A stretch of 64,000 bases of DNA from Antedon mediterranea (Eukaryota > Animalia > Echinodermata): the NCBI RefSeq assembly GCF_964355755.1, contig NC_092674.1:14508001-14572000 (forward strand), in the 5' to 3' direction. Below are positions 42,463-56,993 of this stretch, piece by piece. Numbering within the stretch: the first letter of the stretch is position 1; the number at the start of each line of letters is the position of its first letter. The notes under the pieces are model-generated. The model was given only the letters and a program-made list of their open reading frames with translations. It was not told where the DNA came from and made no database searches. The position numbers were made by a program, and so were the translations under genes.

Positions 42463-45400
42463 TAGATCAATAGGCCTATACTGTATATATATATATTCTT
42501 TAAAATATGTTATGGAAAACAATCATTCTTTAATGATGTTAAAATTAGGCCTACGATCAAATGTATTTTACGCACATTTACCAGGTTTAGTAGGGCGTAT
42601 ACAATTAGTCATCATTAATAGCCCGGTTCAATGAATTCTACAAACAACGATACAATGTTAGGCCATTAACTAATAATTGCAATAACATTATGTTGCAGGA
42701 TATATAGGCATAGCATCGGATTCAATGCATTTCAAAGCAAAGGAGGCTGTGAATGCACAATCGGCAAATCCGTAATGTGTCGGAAAAGCTTTTAACAGCA
42801 TTTTCGCAGATTAATGTAAACATAAATCAAATGATAACAATGTATACGTGTTTCGTTTAATATTAAACCGTATGAAATAATAACGTCACGGAAATTTAAA
42901 TAGATACTAAACGTCAGACAAAACCCGGGGCAGTGAACAAGTAGGCTCAGCTCTTAACAATGTAGGCCGACATTATTGATCGCTAAGAATTTCTATTGGT
43001 TAATTGGTTCTGGAACGCGAGGCAAGATATTTGACCAATCTTGTCATTTTAAATCGGTTGCGCTGCGCTTACGCCCTTACGTTGCTTCCTAGTGTGAACT
43101 TAAATCATCAAAATGATGAATTATTCGGAAAAATTAATTCATAAAAATACGAACCCTCACGCGCTGTATGTATATTTAGAACCGATTTTCGACATAACAG
43201 TTTCGATTGAACAAAAAGTACATTTTTATGTAACGCAATGATCGTTATCTGTGGTCATATAAAAAGAAAAGAAAGCTGAAATAATAAGCGGGTCCGCCGC
43301 CGACGACAAGCCTGTCAATAACCGATGCCTTGGTGTCAATAACCGTCTTAACAGAATGTCTATAATATGGAATAATTGCTCATGCAGAGTGAATAATCAT
43401 ATCTACAACGTCTAGTTTGGAGTACAATCATAATGCCATGCCACCACGAAAAGACAAAATTTGACACCGCATCTTTAAACACTGATGAATATTTTTACGC
43501 GCGCGTCGACTGTTACTTGTTGCATCGCATGGTGTCGGTTATTTAAATACGGATGACCTACGATCGTTGTTTGTTGAGCGTGATTTAAAACTACTTACAT
43601 TGTATATTCTAAATAATACAATTAATCAATATACTTTTCTTTGTCGCCGTTGTCGTGAATAAATGAGTTGATATTGTCTTACCGCGCCTCCCAACTGAGC
43701 GCCTGGGAAGTAGTCAGTGATGAAGTAACAGATAACAGCTTGTTGATTGAAGTGGCATTTGATTTTAAATCAAGGGTCTTGATTTCATATCGCAACAATA
43801 ACTGAGATATAAGTACTTTACAAGATTTGTTAAACAAAACTGAAGTCATGGGGTATTATTATAATATAATTGTGTAGTTCCGGGAATAAACATTTTATTG
43901 TTTATTATAAAAATAATTTTAAAAATTGTGAATTCCTACATATAACATTATACGAAGAAAGAACACTTTTAAACAAGTGGATATTTTTACGATGCTCTGC
44001 TTTACTGATGACGAATATAAGTTGAGTTATTATCAATGTTAATTAATTTTAAATGTGTAATAGATAACAGTATATAGGACATAGATACCTGTGTTCTAGG
44101 TGAAGAATACTTTTGGAAATAGAAAACGTTTAAGCATGAGTTGTAGTGCGGGCATGAGCTGATGAAGATGATATTGGATGAAAAGAATTAGGAGAGTAAA
44201 TATATTTGGTGATCTAACGAAGATGAACAATTGACAAAAACGATAACAAACAATAAACTATAAACATGGTCGACATTATGATGGTAATCAAAGTGTAAAG
44301 GCCAAAATTTATACAGACGAGTGGTAACGGTAATAAAATATAGAATCTAGATTTATCCTTTCAATTTACACTACATCAACGTGGATCGGACGGTTTTCGC
44401 TCAGGAAAGATACAGATTCTACGCGGGACAAGCTACGCGGTTTTCCGCTTACCGTTACTGCTCGTCTGTGTAAATTGGCCTTTAAATGGGTAGATATTAT
44501 TACCGGCACAAAAATGAGGAAAAGAAGCGATAATTCTAATCGTGGTGAAAATATGACAGTATTGGAACAATAAATTATCAAAGATAAAAACGTGTTCGAA
44601 ATAATTCGACGTGTCAATATGTGTCACTTGTCGCATCTTGTGAGTGGCCTTCTGGGACCTCCCCCTATGTCATGAACTTCTCGCGTTACATTTTATCGCG
44701 TGCCATTTATCCAAACAATTGTACTACTTTATCTCTGGCATTTTGACTCCCAGTTTAGTTCGCTTTGGTGCCTGCAAGTTACTGATTTTATAATCGCTTT
44801 AAACGATTACACGAGAGTTTATGCTTTTCTGCTTGGAAAATAGTGGATATTAATTTGGTCATAACACTAATAACGGGTAAGATAGGTTTTATTTTTACAA
44901 ACTTATTTTGATTTTTTTTCTCGTATAAATTTACTCTTATAAAGAAACTAACAATTAACATGATCTCATACGACCGTGGCCGAATGCTTGCTTTGCACTT
45001 ATTAGCCAACCCCGTATCCATTCCAACAATCATATAACGTTTATCCTTAAAGCTTAAAATAACTATTTTCATAATGATATTAGGCCTAAATAGGTAAAAT
45101 TCAACTTACTTACGTGATTCAGAGCACCGTCCACCTAGGCTATATTCGCACATCTATACCTGTTCTTCAATTTTGTGAAGATGCTCGTGTACGGATAAAG
45201 CAGATTTGTATGTAGTTGACTTCAACAACATCACAGTCGTACATGAGATATGGATTGCATACTAATGTACGAATAGTGCTTTTGAATCAACTAAACTACA
45301 GTATTGCCTTGATTTTTATCATGAAACAAGTAGGATACGTTATAGTCAAAAGGTATCATATCACTTACCCTATAGTAATAAATAGATTCCTCGTTAAAGC

Positions 45401-45816
45401 AAAATATAAAATCAATTAGCTAGATGTGTAGATACTTTTTTTAACATTTTGCCTCGTAACGTCTGACGCAAACATCAACGTATAATACGTCATATAAATA
45501 ACGTCGTTGTTTCTTACATATTATTTAACATTAAATGACAATACAACATGCCTGAGAAACAAATGTGTGGCTTAAAAAAATGTTAGTACTATTTGTGGAA
45601 GAACAAAGAGGTAAACCCGTTTTATTTTGACTTGAACCACCACATTATGACCCAGTTGCCAAAGCTCGTGTTTTTAAGTTCTAAATAACTTTCAAGCCTG
45701 AAAGACAATTTTTTGTTAACATTCAAACGATTGAAAAAAAAGATTTCCAGCTTAGTCCCACTTTGAAACTTTTGTTACTATACTCCACTTACATTTATTA
45801 TGTGTTTGTTGTCAGT

Positions 45817-46025
45817 AAGTCTTCTCGGATAAGAACTATAACCCGTAAGTCGTGTGCCCTTTAGAGAACCTAGTACATCTTTCGAGACGAGTATTACCCC
45901 AGTGTACTAGAGAACCTAGTACATCTTTCGAGACAAGTATTACCCCAGTGTACTAGAGAACCTAGTACATCTTTCGAGACAAGTATTACCCCAGTGTACT
46001 AGTTCACACAGCCACCACTGTCACA
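45817..46025 (+). mobile_element. Deu-SINE fragment with internal 46-bp triplication
   Basis: gtcttctcggataagaactata then agaacctagtacatctttcgagacRagtattaccccagtgtactag x3 (45865-46002). Confidence 0.85.
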
Positions 46026-47577
46026 CACATTCACCACTTAAAGTCTTCTTGTATTAGTAGTCTTCCAAGTTGCAAAAGTCTTCAGGTTGTTGAAGGCATC
46101 ATAATAGAAAGGAAAAAATAGAAAACAATGTTATTTGATCAAATATGTTTCGATCTTCCAATTAAATGTCGGTGCCAGAGGCTAATTTTATAATCAGGGT
46201 TACAGTGCGATGATTTAACTGGGTGGAAACACCGCGCCGACGTATTTTATTTTATTTTTTTGTTACCTCTCAATTTAATTCATACTTATTCTTTTAAATG
46301 CAAGAGAGAAAATTGCATGACTACCATATCCTCACAAATAAGTAATTTGTACTATTATATTCAGCCGTTTTATTGCATTTTCGTAGGGAGAGTGTGTGGA
46401 ATGTGTTTACATTTGTGTGTGTCATATTATCGCATTTGTATATATAAATAAGATGACTGATTGTCACTCACAGATTTTAAATTGGGTGTTCACATTAGGA
46501 AATAAGAACTTTCATCGAAAGTGTTGCCGAATGACAGCTTTGTGGGTTAAACCATGTTTGTGCTGCGGATGGGTTAAAGCTATAAACATCGCTATTAAAT
46601 CACAGTTAAATCTCTTTTTCATTTTACTAGCAATATTAAGGAGGTAATTTATCACTTGTTACACGACCTTCGCAGGAAACAACATATCTCTTTTAGACTT
46701 GATGTCTAAGAAATCATAAATCTGTTACAGTATATACAAAGTTTATTTTCCATAACTGTCATGTGATTACGTCGTGTTTCGTTAAGCTATAAGCGATATA
46801 CTATATACTACTAGTGTACAGAAATTCATATTTTTGTTTATAACTTAATTAACTTTTACTTTAGTAGAGCCATGGCTAAGATGAGAACGAATGGCAACAT
46901 CATAACCTTTTTTAGGCATCATAATATTATTAGTCCACCATTGGTGTTATAAAAAGTATTGTATTGACGACTTCTACTAAATAAAAACAAGCATTTTCTT
47001 ACACAAAAACGCCGCTCGACATTTTAACATTAAACATTGTTCTTTTGATTAATTTATGATTAATTATTAAAAAGATGTCCTTTAATCGCAAAAATACATA
47101 CAAATCACAGATAGTTCTTCAATTATGAATCACATGCCCATTTTTGCACTAGTTAATTGTATTGATTGATTGATTGATTTTATTTGATATTCATACACAA
47201 AAGTTAAAATATACAATTTACAAAAAGAATACCAGGATAACCCATTAAGTCGACAAATAAAAGTAAACTTATTTCCAATGGGGTCCAATCCGTATTAACT
47301 GAAAAAGTGAGTATACACAGCATTTGAAAGAAGACATGTGTACCTTTCCAACAATGAATTATTTGCCAACAAATATTAATTTACTAATTCAAAAATGTCA
47401 TTTAAAAATGGTCAATTTTGAACTTCACTGTGCTGTAGCCTGTTTATGTGTGACCTCAACCTGTACTGTAGGAATGCAATTACTGAATAGACAACGTGAC
47501 TTCATGGTGCTGGTATACAAGTGAGAAAATTCTGCCCAGTCTGTTGATTCGCGTCAACCAATCAAAGGGCGAGAATC

Positions 47578-47739
47578 CAAAATCGTTCAACCGTGAGCCC
47601 TCATAGACTCTCTTTTCCCAGACGTTTTCGCAAAACTGTCAGCCTTAGATACTACAGATACCACTATAAAACAGCTTATTAATGAATATGTCCTCCTGGG
47701 ACATTGCTGGCTAGAGCCGCGGCGTGATAAAGAGTAGGC
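47578..47739 (+). promoter_or_regulatory. Candidate CCAAT/TATA promoter and short first exon of gene 2
   Basis: CCAATC at 47578, TATAAAA near 47665, weak donor A|gtaggc at 47734 that would give a 195-nt intron to the acceptor at 47928. Confidence 0.3.
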
Positions 47740-47955
47740 CTACTATAGTTTTGAAAAGAAACAGCTCAACGCCAGAGATTCGGTTTTTTTTCTTTTTAAA
47801 TAAAACAATTATAAGCATTTTGATAATCAAATTCCAGCTTCTCACATACTTTTAGTCCCCATTCTCTAAGTTTTTATATCGAATAGGAATGAAATTTTAA
47901 TGACCACACACATTTATTTTAATTACAGGTCGTATGATACGATAATTGAAGCATT

Positions 47956-48934
47956 ATGTATTCATCGTGGATATCTGCAATCGTCACCCTGGCTCTAATC
48001 TCAGATTGTTATGGACAAGTTAGAGAGCCAAAAATAACTCGTACTGTTCATGCACGTACATCAACTAATACCCAGCGGACTTCAGGGGCAAGAGGTAATA
48101 CATTAAAAAAGAGACCTGTTCTTCAAACTCCGGACCCAAGATCTTCCATCATCACTAAAATCGATGAGCTGCACACAGCAGTGGAGACGCAAAGAAACGT
48201 GTTTGTTACGCACAAAAGAGACTTTGACAACCACATTTCGTCAATCGAACGCAGGTTCTCTGAGATGTCCAGTAAGATGCAATTTCTTTTGAATAAGAAT
48301 ATAGATCTTGAAAATCAATTAAAGTCAATAAACGAAAAGTTTGTGCTTGTTCCAAAGGAAAAGGTGCAGCAAAATGATGGTGAGCTTGGTAATAACACTG
48401 TTACCCAAGCACGTTCTGTTTCCAAATCTGCAGTTGAAGATTATCTGTCAAACAGAGGTGCTGAGCTTATTGAAATGATGCCACCACAAAAAAAGGCGAA
48501 AGTTCCTCAGAAGTCTACTTCTGCTCGATCTGGAAATCATAAAAATTATTTAGTTAATAACAACAGTTCTAACAAACAAAAACCAGACTACGTTAGCGAT
48601 GCATTGTTAAGACTTTTCGCACAGGACAAACATACACACGATCGATTGTTGACACTGGAAGCAAAGATCACAGCTTTTGATGTCGCAGAATCTGTTACCA
48701 CTACCATTATTGTTGAGGCATGTAATGAAACAGACAGCACTACTGAAATATTGGAATTAAAGGATATGGAAAAAAGAGTCGGCGATTTGGAGAAAAAAAT
48801 TGAATGGAATAATATAAATTCACCTTATGACTTAAAAGAGGAGCAAACTAATAAGATAGGCGTAATTGAAGCACGTGGATCAAAAAGGTCTAAGTACAAA
48901 AATGAGGTCTATGACGCCAGGGCAGCAGCGACTG
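47956..48934 (+). CDS. C1q-domain gene 2, coding exon 1: signal peptide, coiled coils and low-complexity linker
   Basis: MYSSWISAIVTLALISDCYG signal; heptad stretches such as IERRFSEMSSKMQFLLNKNIDLENQLKSINEK; acceptor ttacag at 47928; phase-1 donor ACT G|gtatgt. Confidence 0.92.
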
Positions 48935-49102
48935 GTATGTGAATCCTATTTAAAGTAACGCTATTACTTTCCTCCCTTAAATCTGGGTGGGGCAGTGTGA
49001 ACTAATATAATAGCATTATGATGATTAAAGTCACTCAAATAATTTAAACTTTGATAAACATCAATAACAAATTCATCTTTTTTCTTCATTTTATTTCATT
49101 AG

Positions 49103-49271
49103 AAGCCAGGAAGTCACTGTTTTCTGCAGCACGTACAACTGTATTTTACGGCAGTGATAAAAACGCTCTCAACATCACGTTCAATCACATATACGTCAAC
49201 AAAGGAAAACATTTTCTATATAATAGTACGTTTGTATGTCATCTCGATGGATTCTACTTTTTCACATTTAC
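49103..49271 (+). CDS. C1q-domain gene 2, coding exon 2: N-terminal half of gC1q
   Basis: cattag|AA GCC AGG AAG reads ARKSLFSAARTTVFYG...ITFNHIYVNKG...TFVCHLDGFYFFTFT; donor AC|gtaagt. Confidence 0.93.
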
Positions 49272-49791
49272 GTAAGTTATAATTAAAAATGTTTATTGAT
49301 CGTCACACAAAGGGGGAACTGTAGCTTAGTTGACGTTTTTCCTTTCCATGTCCAGGGTTAAACTCCATAAGCACGATAAATTATATTATTATTAGAATGC
49401 ATATTACATTTTATTTTTAAACGTTGGTGAATTTCCCTTAAAGACACTTTCTAAGTTAAGGACTGCATTTTATGTAAAAATAAAAACCTGTACTATGTGG
49501 GCCTATTAGGAAAATGGGTTCGTCTTTAAACGGTTAAAAATGTGAACAATAAATACCAGCATGCATCTCGCGTGGATTAATATAATATTCTATTTATACT
49601 TCAGTGATGCACCCACTCTTGATCGTAGATCGTGAAGAGATAAGTGTCGTGTAGCATATACTAAAACAATGTACTTATTGCAAAATGCTCAATACAAACA
49701 TTATTTTTAAATTCCAATACTGCATATATCCTCAGTTAACGTTTAAGGCCCATTGGTACGTTGAATTATATTTTCAGCATTTTCATTTCAG

Positions 49792-50035
49792 TATAAGATC
49801 ACGTGATGGTTTTTTTTCGTACGTTACGCTAATGAAAAACGATGAACCTCAAACAAGTATCTCAGCGGATAGTGATGATAGGAACATAATGCAGACACAA
49901 AGTACAATACTAAAGCTATCATATGATGATAAAGTTTGGCTGCGAGTAGGGCCTAACCGAAAATATGGATTCGACAGTGAAGAAACTAATAAATACATGA
50001 CGTTTAGTGGTTTCCTTATTTATAAAGGTTCCTAG
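49792..50035 (+). CDS. C1q-domain gene 2, coding exon 3: C-terminal half of gC1q
   Basis: tttcag|T ATA AGA reads IRSRDGFFSYVTLMKND...RNIMQTQSTILKLSYDDKVWLRVGP...YMTFSGFLIYKGS*. Joined CDS is 1392 nt, in frame. Confidence 0.93.
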
Positions 50036-53000
50036 TATAAAACAACTTTAAGATATGTGTGTTGAAAGCACGCTTGTGAGGACTACTTATGACATTGTAC
50101 CTTTTGTAAATATGTATCAATATAAGAAACGGCTGCTATGACCATATGACAATGGATCAATGATGATTTTAGGCATAACAAACTAAGTTAAAGGCCTTGT
50201 GTTTATTCGGCTCAATTTATATAAGGAAATCAATTTCTATTTATTTTAAAGATATTATTTTTTTCCTTTCTCTTTTGTGGCGTAAACACCATTTTAATTC
50301 ATATTATTATCATCAAAATCTTTACATCTTCAATATCACATTTTTGCTATTTTTTCATGTTTTTTTAATTAAAATTGGATAAACTTCGTCAGTGTTATGA
50401 CATTTAAAATGTTGTAAATTCAAAATTTTAATTTTCTTAATTAATTTTTTACAAACAAAATAAAGTTAAAAAAGCAAAAACAAAAGTTAACACAAAGACG
50501 ATATGCATACTGCATCGTTAACCTTTTTGTCTCCAAGTTGTTTTACACTGGCTTTAATCTACATGTTGTTAAACTTAAACGCATTGCATTTCTCAGTTGA
50601 TTTTTTATATTAAATTTAGGTTTTCCTAATTACCGTTTCTGATTTAGACTATTTAGAGTGGATTAGAAAACTGTATTATAATAATAATTGTCCAATTGAT
50701 CCTGCGAGTTACCATCTCGGTTTAAATTCGATAGGGAAAAGGATAATCTTTCTGTCTATATTTTTTGTTTGTTTGTGGCAATGAAAAAGTAAAACGGTGA
50801 AGCTGTTTTAGTATTGCTTACAAAAAATAAAGAGACTCAAACGGGGAACTAGGAATTTTTTTCGAGTATTAAATGTGAAAACGATGGCATGAAAAGGAAA
50901 AAGATATTTGGTATATCTTTGTTATAGTTTAATTCGAATTGTTTTAATTCTTATATTTAGTGTGTTTTGTTATAAATCATAATAACTGTAAATTTGAAGA
51001 AATACAATTATTAAAAAACAACAAATATTAGACACCCGATTAGATTACCGTAACTTATTACAACTGAAGGACATTTTGCGGTTATTCGATTAAACTTTTG
51101 ACAGAATGTCTTTACAAAAGCCAAAAAAGGAAAATCAGGCACAAACAAAGCATACCCGTATTATTTTACAGAAAAACGTCCCCTGTTACACTTGGTTTTA
51201 TGTTTTTCAGACATTTTAAGACTGTAAATTACAAGCTTATAAACCGAGGAAAAGTGAAATTCAGTTAATTGGCTAATTTTGATATTGTTTTGTATAGATT
51301 TGTGTATTGGTTTTCTTAAAAACCAATGGTATGTTGGTGTATTAGCTATTTGCCAAACAATTACTTGGAAGTTGTGAACGTTATCAAGCTAACAAACAAA
51401 CTTGAATACAGAGACATTAAAGATAAAAAATTCATCACATCAATTTTAATTTTATTTACGGTTGTTAAATTAAAGATTTTGGTTTTTCGTTATATGGTTT
51501 AAAATACCTTTAAATGTAAAAGGTTTTAGTAAACTGTTCTTACTTCCATTGTAATTCATCGATAAAGTAAGTTAATCTGGTCTTGATGCCATTGTTTGGA
51601 TTTGTATTCCTATACTCTTTTTCATTATTATATGAATTATTGATGTGTAATATATTATATATAAGTTTATACGTTTTTTTAAATCGAAATCACAAAACTT
51701 TAGAATTGAATTTGAATAGAAATTGTCTTGGATAATTCAACTGATTTAAAAAAAAAATCGGTTGATCAAATTTATTTTTGATTTTATATTTTTTATCTGG
51801 TTTGTAGTAAGTAACTGCCAAATATAACTTGTTACTGTCTAAGATTTGTTTTGTTTCAACACTTATTTTGTTAAATTAAAACAAATGTCCAAATATTCTC
51901 AATAAACATTTTGTAGTGTGTATAATTGTAATTGTTCTCACCTGTTTTATCAAAGGCTCTATATACCTGCCATACAAAGCAGGGTGGTTTGAGAAAAATA
52001 GACATAGGCTATTGTAAATAATTACAGGTATTAAAATCTATAGGCCTATGTATAAGCTTCAATACCAATTGGCTTACTATTTAATTGTTATAGCGTATTG
52101 CGCTACGTTAAACAATTGAGAATAATCTTATTCCTCCATGGTTAAAACGCATAGATATGCATTTAATTATGTCTGTAAGTAGTGTTACATTTAGATGGAA
52201 ATATAAATATGCGGCCTAAGTTCATAGACTAAATATTGTGAATAAAAAAATGAGTACCGGTAATGTTTTAATAAGATTAATATTAATTGTTTAATTACAT
52301 CCTTCACGGACATTATTATAATGATATTATGGGTAGCCTAAAATCTATAAAAACACCATGCTGCCTTGTGTACTTTGTTTAGATCTAATTTATGTCATTA
52401 GGTTTTAAAACTTTGATTATTTTCATTGTAGATTGACACATTTGTCACTGGTGAGTGGAACACATCACCCTTAAAACTATTATTTTTTAAATATATTACT
52501 ACTAAACAATGTTGAGTATAATACATATGCAATTATGAAAAAATAATACAATTAGAATAATTTCCAACACTAAATAAAAACATGTATAGACTTATTTGAA
52601 TAAAACGATTCATTTTTTTAAATATTTACAAATTAAAATGACCGAAATATAGAACATAATAATAGTAATTATGTGGTTTCATAACCAAGTCAAAATTCAA
52701 TTCAATTCAATTCATCTTTTATTTCAGACAATTGTCCATAATGGTAACATTACACACAAAAAAAGAGAGAGGACCAAAACTTTTATCTATTGGTATATAG
52801 TGCCTCTCTCCATTTGTAGTACATGTTTGAACAAATATTTATATATACAAATTAACATTAAAAGATCCGAATCAACATGATTATAAGAAATTAAAACACC
52901 CTCTCTCAAACTTTATTTCTAGAACAGCCTCTGATATATCATCGGAGTCCTGACGCGAAATTAATTGCACTCCTTCTTTCTCCGTAAAACGTGTTTTTTT

Positions 53001-53497
53001 ATTTTCTCTAAATCAACTGAAGATAATCGTGCTAATTGGGGATTAGACTCAGCAGACTAAAATCTGTATAAATGTACTTTTTGCAATCACGTTTGAAACG
53101 TGTTGATGGGGAGGTAAAGTTTGAACAGCATGTGATGGCTTGATTTCTGCTTGAGATGACAACAGCCGGGATGTGTTATGAAGATAACGGATGCTATATG
53201 CCACATTCTTGATAACGGTTTAATGCGCTTACGTTTGCTTAATTTCAGTTCACCTATAATCACTATGATGGCCTTATGTACGACCTTTCATTGACCCACA
53301 AACATTTGATGAATAACTTATCAAGTTCTCAATTCTTTCAAGCTTTGGCGTTCCAGGGCAACCTAGATCATTTGAATCGGTTTACGCGCGCACAAATATG
53401 ACAATGTTATTTTTAACATTAATAGCCTACATTGTTGCATGGCGAAATCAAATGTTGATATATAAAATTTGCGGTACACTACGATGCGAGAATTCTC

Positions 53498-53539
53498 ACT
53501 CCTGAGGACGATCAAAGCATATTGATCGAAACGTCGAGA
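53498..53539 (+). ncRNA. Minimal type I hammerhead ribozyme (Penelope-like element type)
   Basis: ctc-CTGAGGA-c-gatcaa(agcata)ttgatc-GAAA-cg-TC-gag: both core boxes, 6-bp stem II, palindromic ACGT stem III. Confidence 0.8.
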
Positions 53540-56500
53540 AACCCAACAGTTCTTTTCAGAACTAATATATGTGGTGTACCTCAAACTTTATATCAACATT
53601 AATACACAAAACAAAAAACAACTCTCATTTTTATTACAGAATTTTGTATATTCCTGCCAAACCTACAACCACATTTATTTATGTTTTTAAATTATTTTTG
53701 GCTTGTAAACCCTAAAGAAGTTTCCGGCCATAGACTACTTTGACCTGATTCACCCCGCGTACCCCGAACCCGACTACGTGATGTACTATGTTTCTTCCGT
53801 GTTCTTGCCTTGTGTTTGTAAATGTTGTTGCGTGAAATCAAACTTCCCCCATAGCGATGTTTGCAGCACTGTTACGTTGACTGTTCCCACTTGTCCCACA
53901 ATACGGCACTTTGCACCGATACGTCGTTTGTTTCAATTTTGTTGTTGAAGTTGAAAAAAATTACGATTTGACGATTCGTTGTGAAAATTTGTTTTGCTAA
54001 AAAATTAGAGAGGGTCAGGATCTCCGTGATACGCTCCTAGTCTTAGGATGGTCCGAACGGTATCAACGAAGATCTCCAAATTTAGACCAATTTATATTTC
54101 AAAAATTCTAATATGTTCGTGCTCAGACATCTTCCAAAAATGTTCATTTCAATTTTGATGACGTCATTATGTTTTTAGATTAGAATTTAGATGGGTCTCA
54201 TAAATTCACAGAAACAGTTCAGAGCTACTTCAGGTCTTAGAATGGCACAGAGCATACAGCTGATAACCGAAACGGACCAAATATATTTATATTAATATGA
54301 GTGAAGTTTCACTTAAGATTTATTTATAATTTTTTTTTTACTTCACCATTAGGCCTATATGATAAATCTGTAAACGATAAAAGCTATTTTTTTCTATGTA
54401 TACAGTACCTCGTTTCGGTATTACGTAGGCCTACGTGATCGCATGATTGGCGACCGTTGTGCCCTTCTATTTCTGATTGATTTCTCGTAATCAGTCACCA
54501 TAGTCTCAAACACATAGGCAATTGCCACATTGATGAATGTAATAACTTATAAATAGTTTACAGTATTCAAACAAGCTGAGAAATGATGATACAGGACTCT
54601 AGAGGGGGCTATAAATATATTTAGTAACTTATTTAATTTTAGTAGGCCTATATTCAGTTGTTTCAAACTATGAAGTCATTATTGTTTTTATTAGAATAAT
54701 AATAATATTACATAGCCTATGTAAATACGTGAACGTTTTTTTTTTAGTTGAAACTGCATATTTATAATATCAATTTTAATCTGTAGCCTTCGTTGCCAAC
54801 AGTTATCCAAATGTTGGTGTTTTTGCCATTTTTCCCAGATGTCACAATAGGCCTCCATGCGAAAAAGCACAAACTCTTCTACTGTTTTTAAATACTTTAT
54901 ATATACAGTTTCGTCTATGTTCATTTCAATGTAGTAAAAACATTTGTTACAACATTATTTTAAAAGGGGGTGTTTAAAAAATATTTTTTATATAAGTACT
55001 TATGAACGTATCTATAACTTCCAAAGCAATGTTTTTATATCAATTATGGGATTTTATATCCAGTCAATTTTTAAAACGGTTAAATTCAACCAAAAACTAA
55101 TTGAATGGTAGCCAAATTGATTATTTTTTGCTTTAAATTACAGTTTTTATGTAAATAAATTGTTTGGTCAAAGTGAATATTAACTCTAATATGTGACATT
55201 AAAATGTAATATTCAACAACAAGAAAGATGTTTTGATATGTTTCCAGTGTAACAGTAGGCCTACTCAGCAAAATTCTATTTTTCCAAGTAAAAATCATAA
55301 TATAATAACAACTAATTATAGACAAAGAAATGACTCGAGTTAACTTTCACCGTTTTATTTCCACACAAGTATACAAATAAAATGTTGAAAGTTTAACTCG
55401 TGTCATTTATTGATTTAATTTGCTCTGCACACTGGACTACTTTTTACTTTTTTTTTTTTTTTTTTATCGTATCAATGTTAGACCACCTCTAGTTGATTGA
55501 ATTTATAAAAGTCTGCTAATTTCCATTTTATTGATAAGTAGGCCTAACGTAATTGTTACAAAACGTTACATGGCATAATTTTGTTCCTATAGCTAATATT
55601 AGTGTTCGACTTTTGTCTATCCAATCAAAGTAAACGTTTGTAATTTCTAATTCTTATATAACAATGGACTTGCTTTTCATAGGACTAATTCAGATTTTAC
55701 CTAAAACTTGCAAGTGTATGTAAAATCGTATGTGTTTATTTTTGTTAAATTTTCACCATAAATTGCACTTCAATAACTAGAATGGTATTCAAATGAATCA
55801 CGTTTTCCAATACAGCTATGACGACTATAACTAATTTTGAGTAATCCTGCTAACAAATAGAAACACATCAAATTGACTGCCTATTGGAGGTTAGGCGCCC
55901 TCTATTTATTGGAGCATTAACAAAATAGTCCTGTAAATACTAAGAAATTAAGACAGAAGGTCGTAAAATTAGTAGGCCTAGGCCTTCTTTTTAGGGCCTT
56001 TTATACTTTTAGATACTTGTTCACCTTCACTATATAGAAGGGTAATATTTTACCATTATTCATAGTTAGTTAAATATTGACAAACTAAAAATGGCCATCA
56101 TTTATAAACTAATGATTACGATTTTGCAATTATTATTTTAATGACAAAAGATCACTATAAGAAATAGCTAATAGTCAATCAGGTCATAGGTGGCTCTAAA
56201 ATTGACGTGAAAGTAATTTTATATTTACTTACCTATTTACCTAATGATAAATATATAATTTTAATTAAAGAAACAAATATTTTCTGGGATGTGGGCCTAA
56301 ATATATCTATGCTTTATAGAGGCTAGGCCTACATCATTTATTGTAACAATAATTATCGATTAACTTGCCATAAAATAATTTAATAATATTACAGAATGAT
56401 ACAAAACAGTAGTTAGAAAATGAGTCTGGTCTTACCAGGGAGTTGTATTGAAATATACCGAATAAATAATGAAATAAGAAATGTAACTGTAACCATAAGG

Positions 56501-56993
56501 ATTCCTTAATCCATGCTGTAACCTTACTGTCATTTACATATATTTATTTTCATAATTACTTATATAATTTTAAATAAGGCGTATACCTTTTTCCTTATTA
56601 AACTATTTCTAATATTTGTTTTGTTAGGGGTCTGATTGAGACAAATGTATTACTTCTATACCAGATCCCAGCCAAAAAAAAATAAGTAGAAATATTATGT
56701 TAAAATGTTTAATATTTATGTTAAATAATATGTTTTTTTGGTTGAATAAATATTACGAAACGAAACGAAACCTTGGTCCCTAAGAAATGACGTCATTCTA
56801 CGTGGACTATTCCAAAATTAAAATAGGTCGAATAGTGCAGTATACTAAAGAAACAAACCAATTCAAAAATACTGTAAATAACTATTTTGTTGTACGGTAA
56901 TAGAATAGATCACTATTCTACTAACACTACACTTTATATTGTCTGTAAGTTGATCAGAGAAAATCGTGTTTAAGTTTAGCTACCAGTACTTCC

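Noticed and set aside
48871-48890. Proprotein convertase site releasing the gene 2 head (RGSKR)
   Set aside because: No Arg at P4 and no equivalent site in genes 1 and 3.
55893-55905. CTCF-like core gcgccctcta as an insulator between genes 2 and 3
   Set aside because: Only a short core matches, and such motifs are common in transposon ends.
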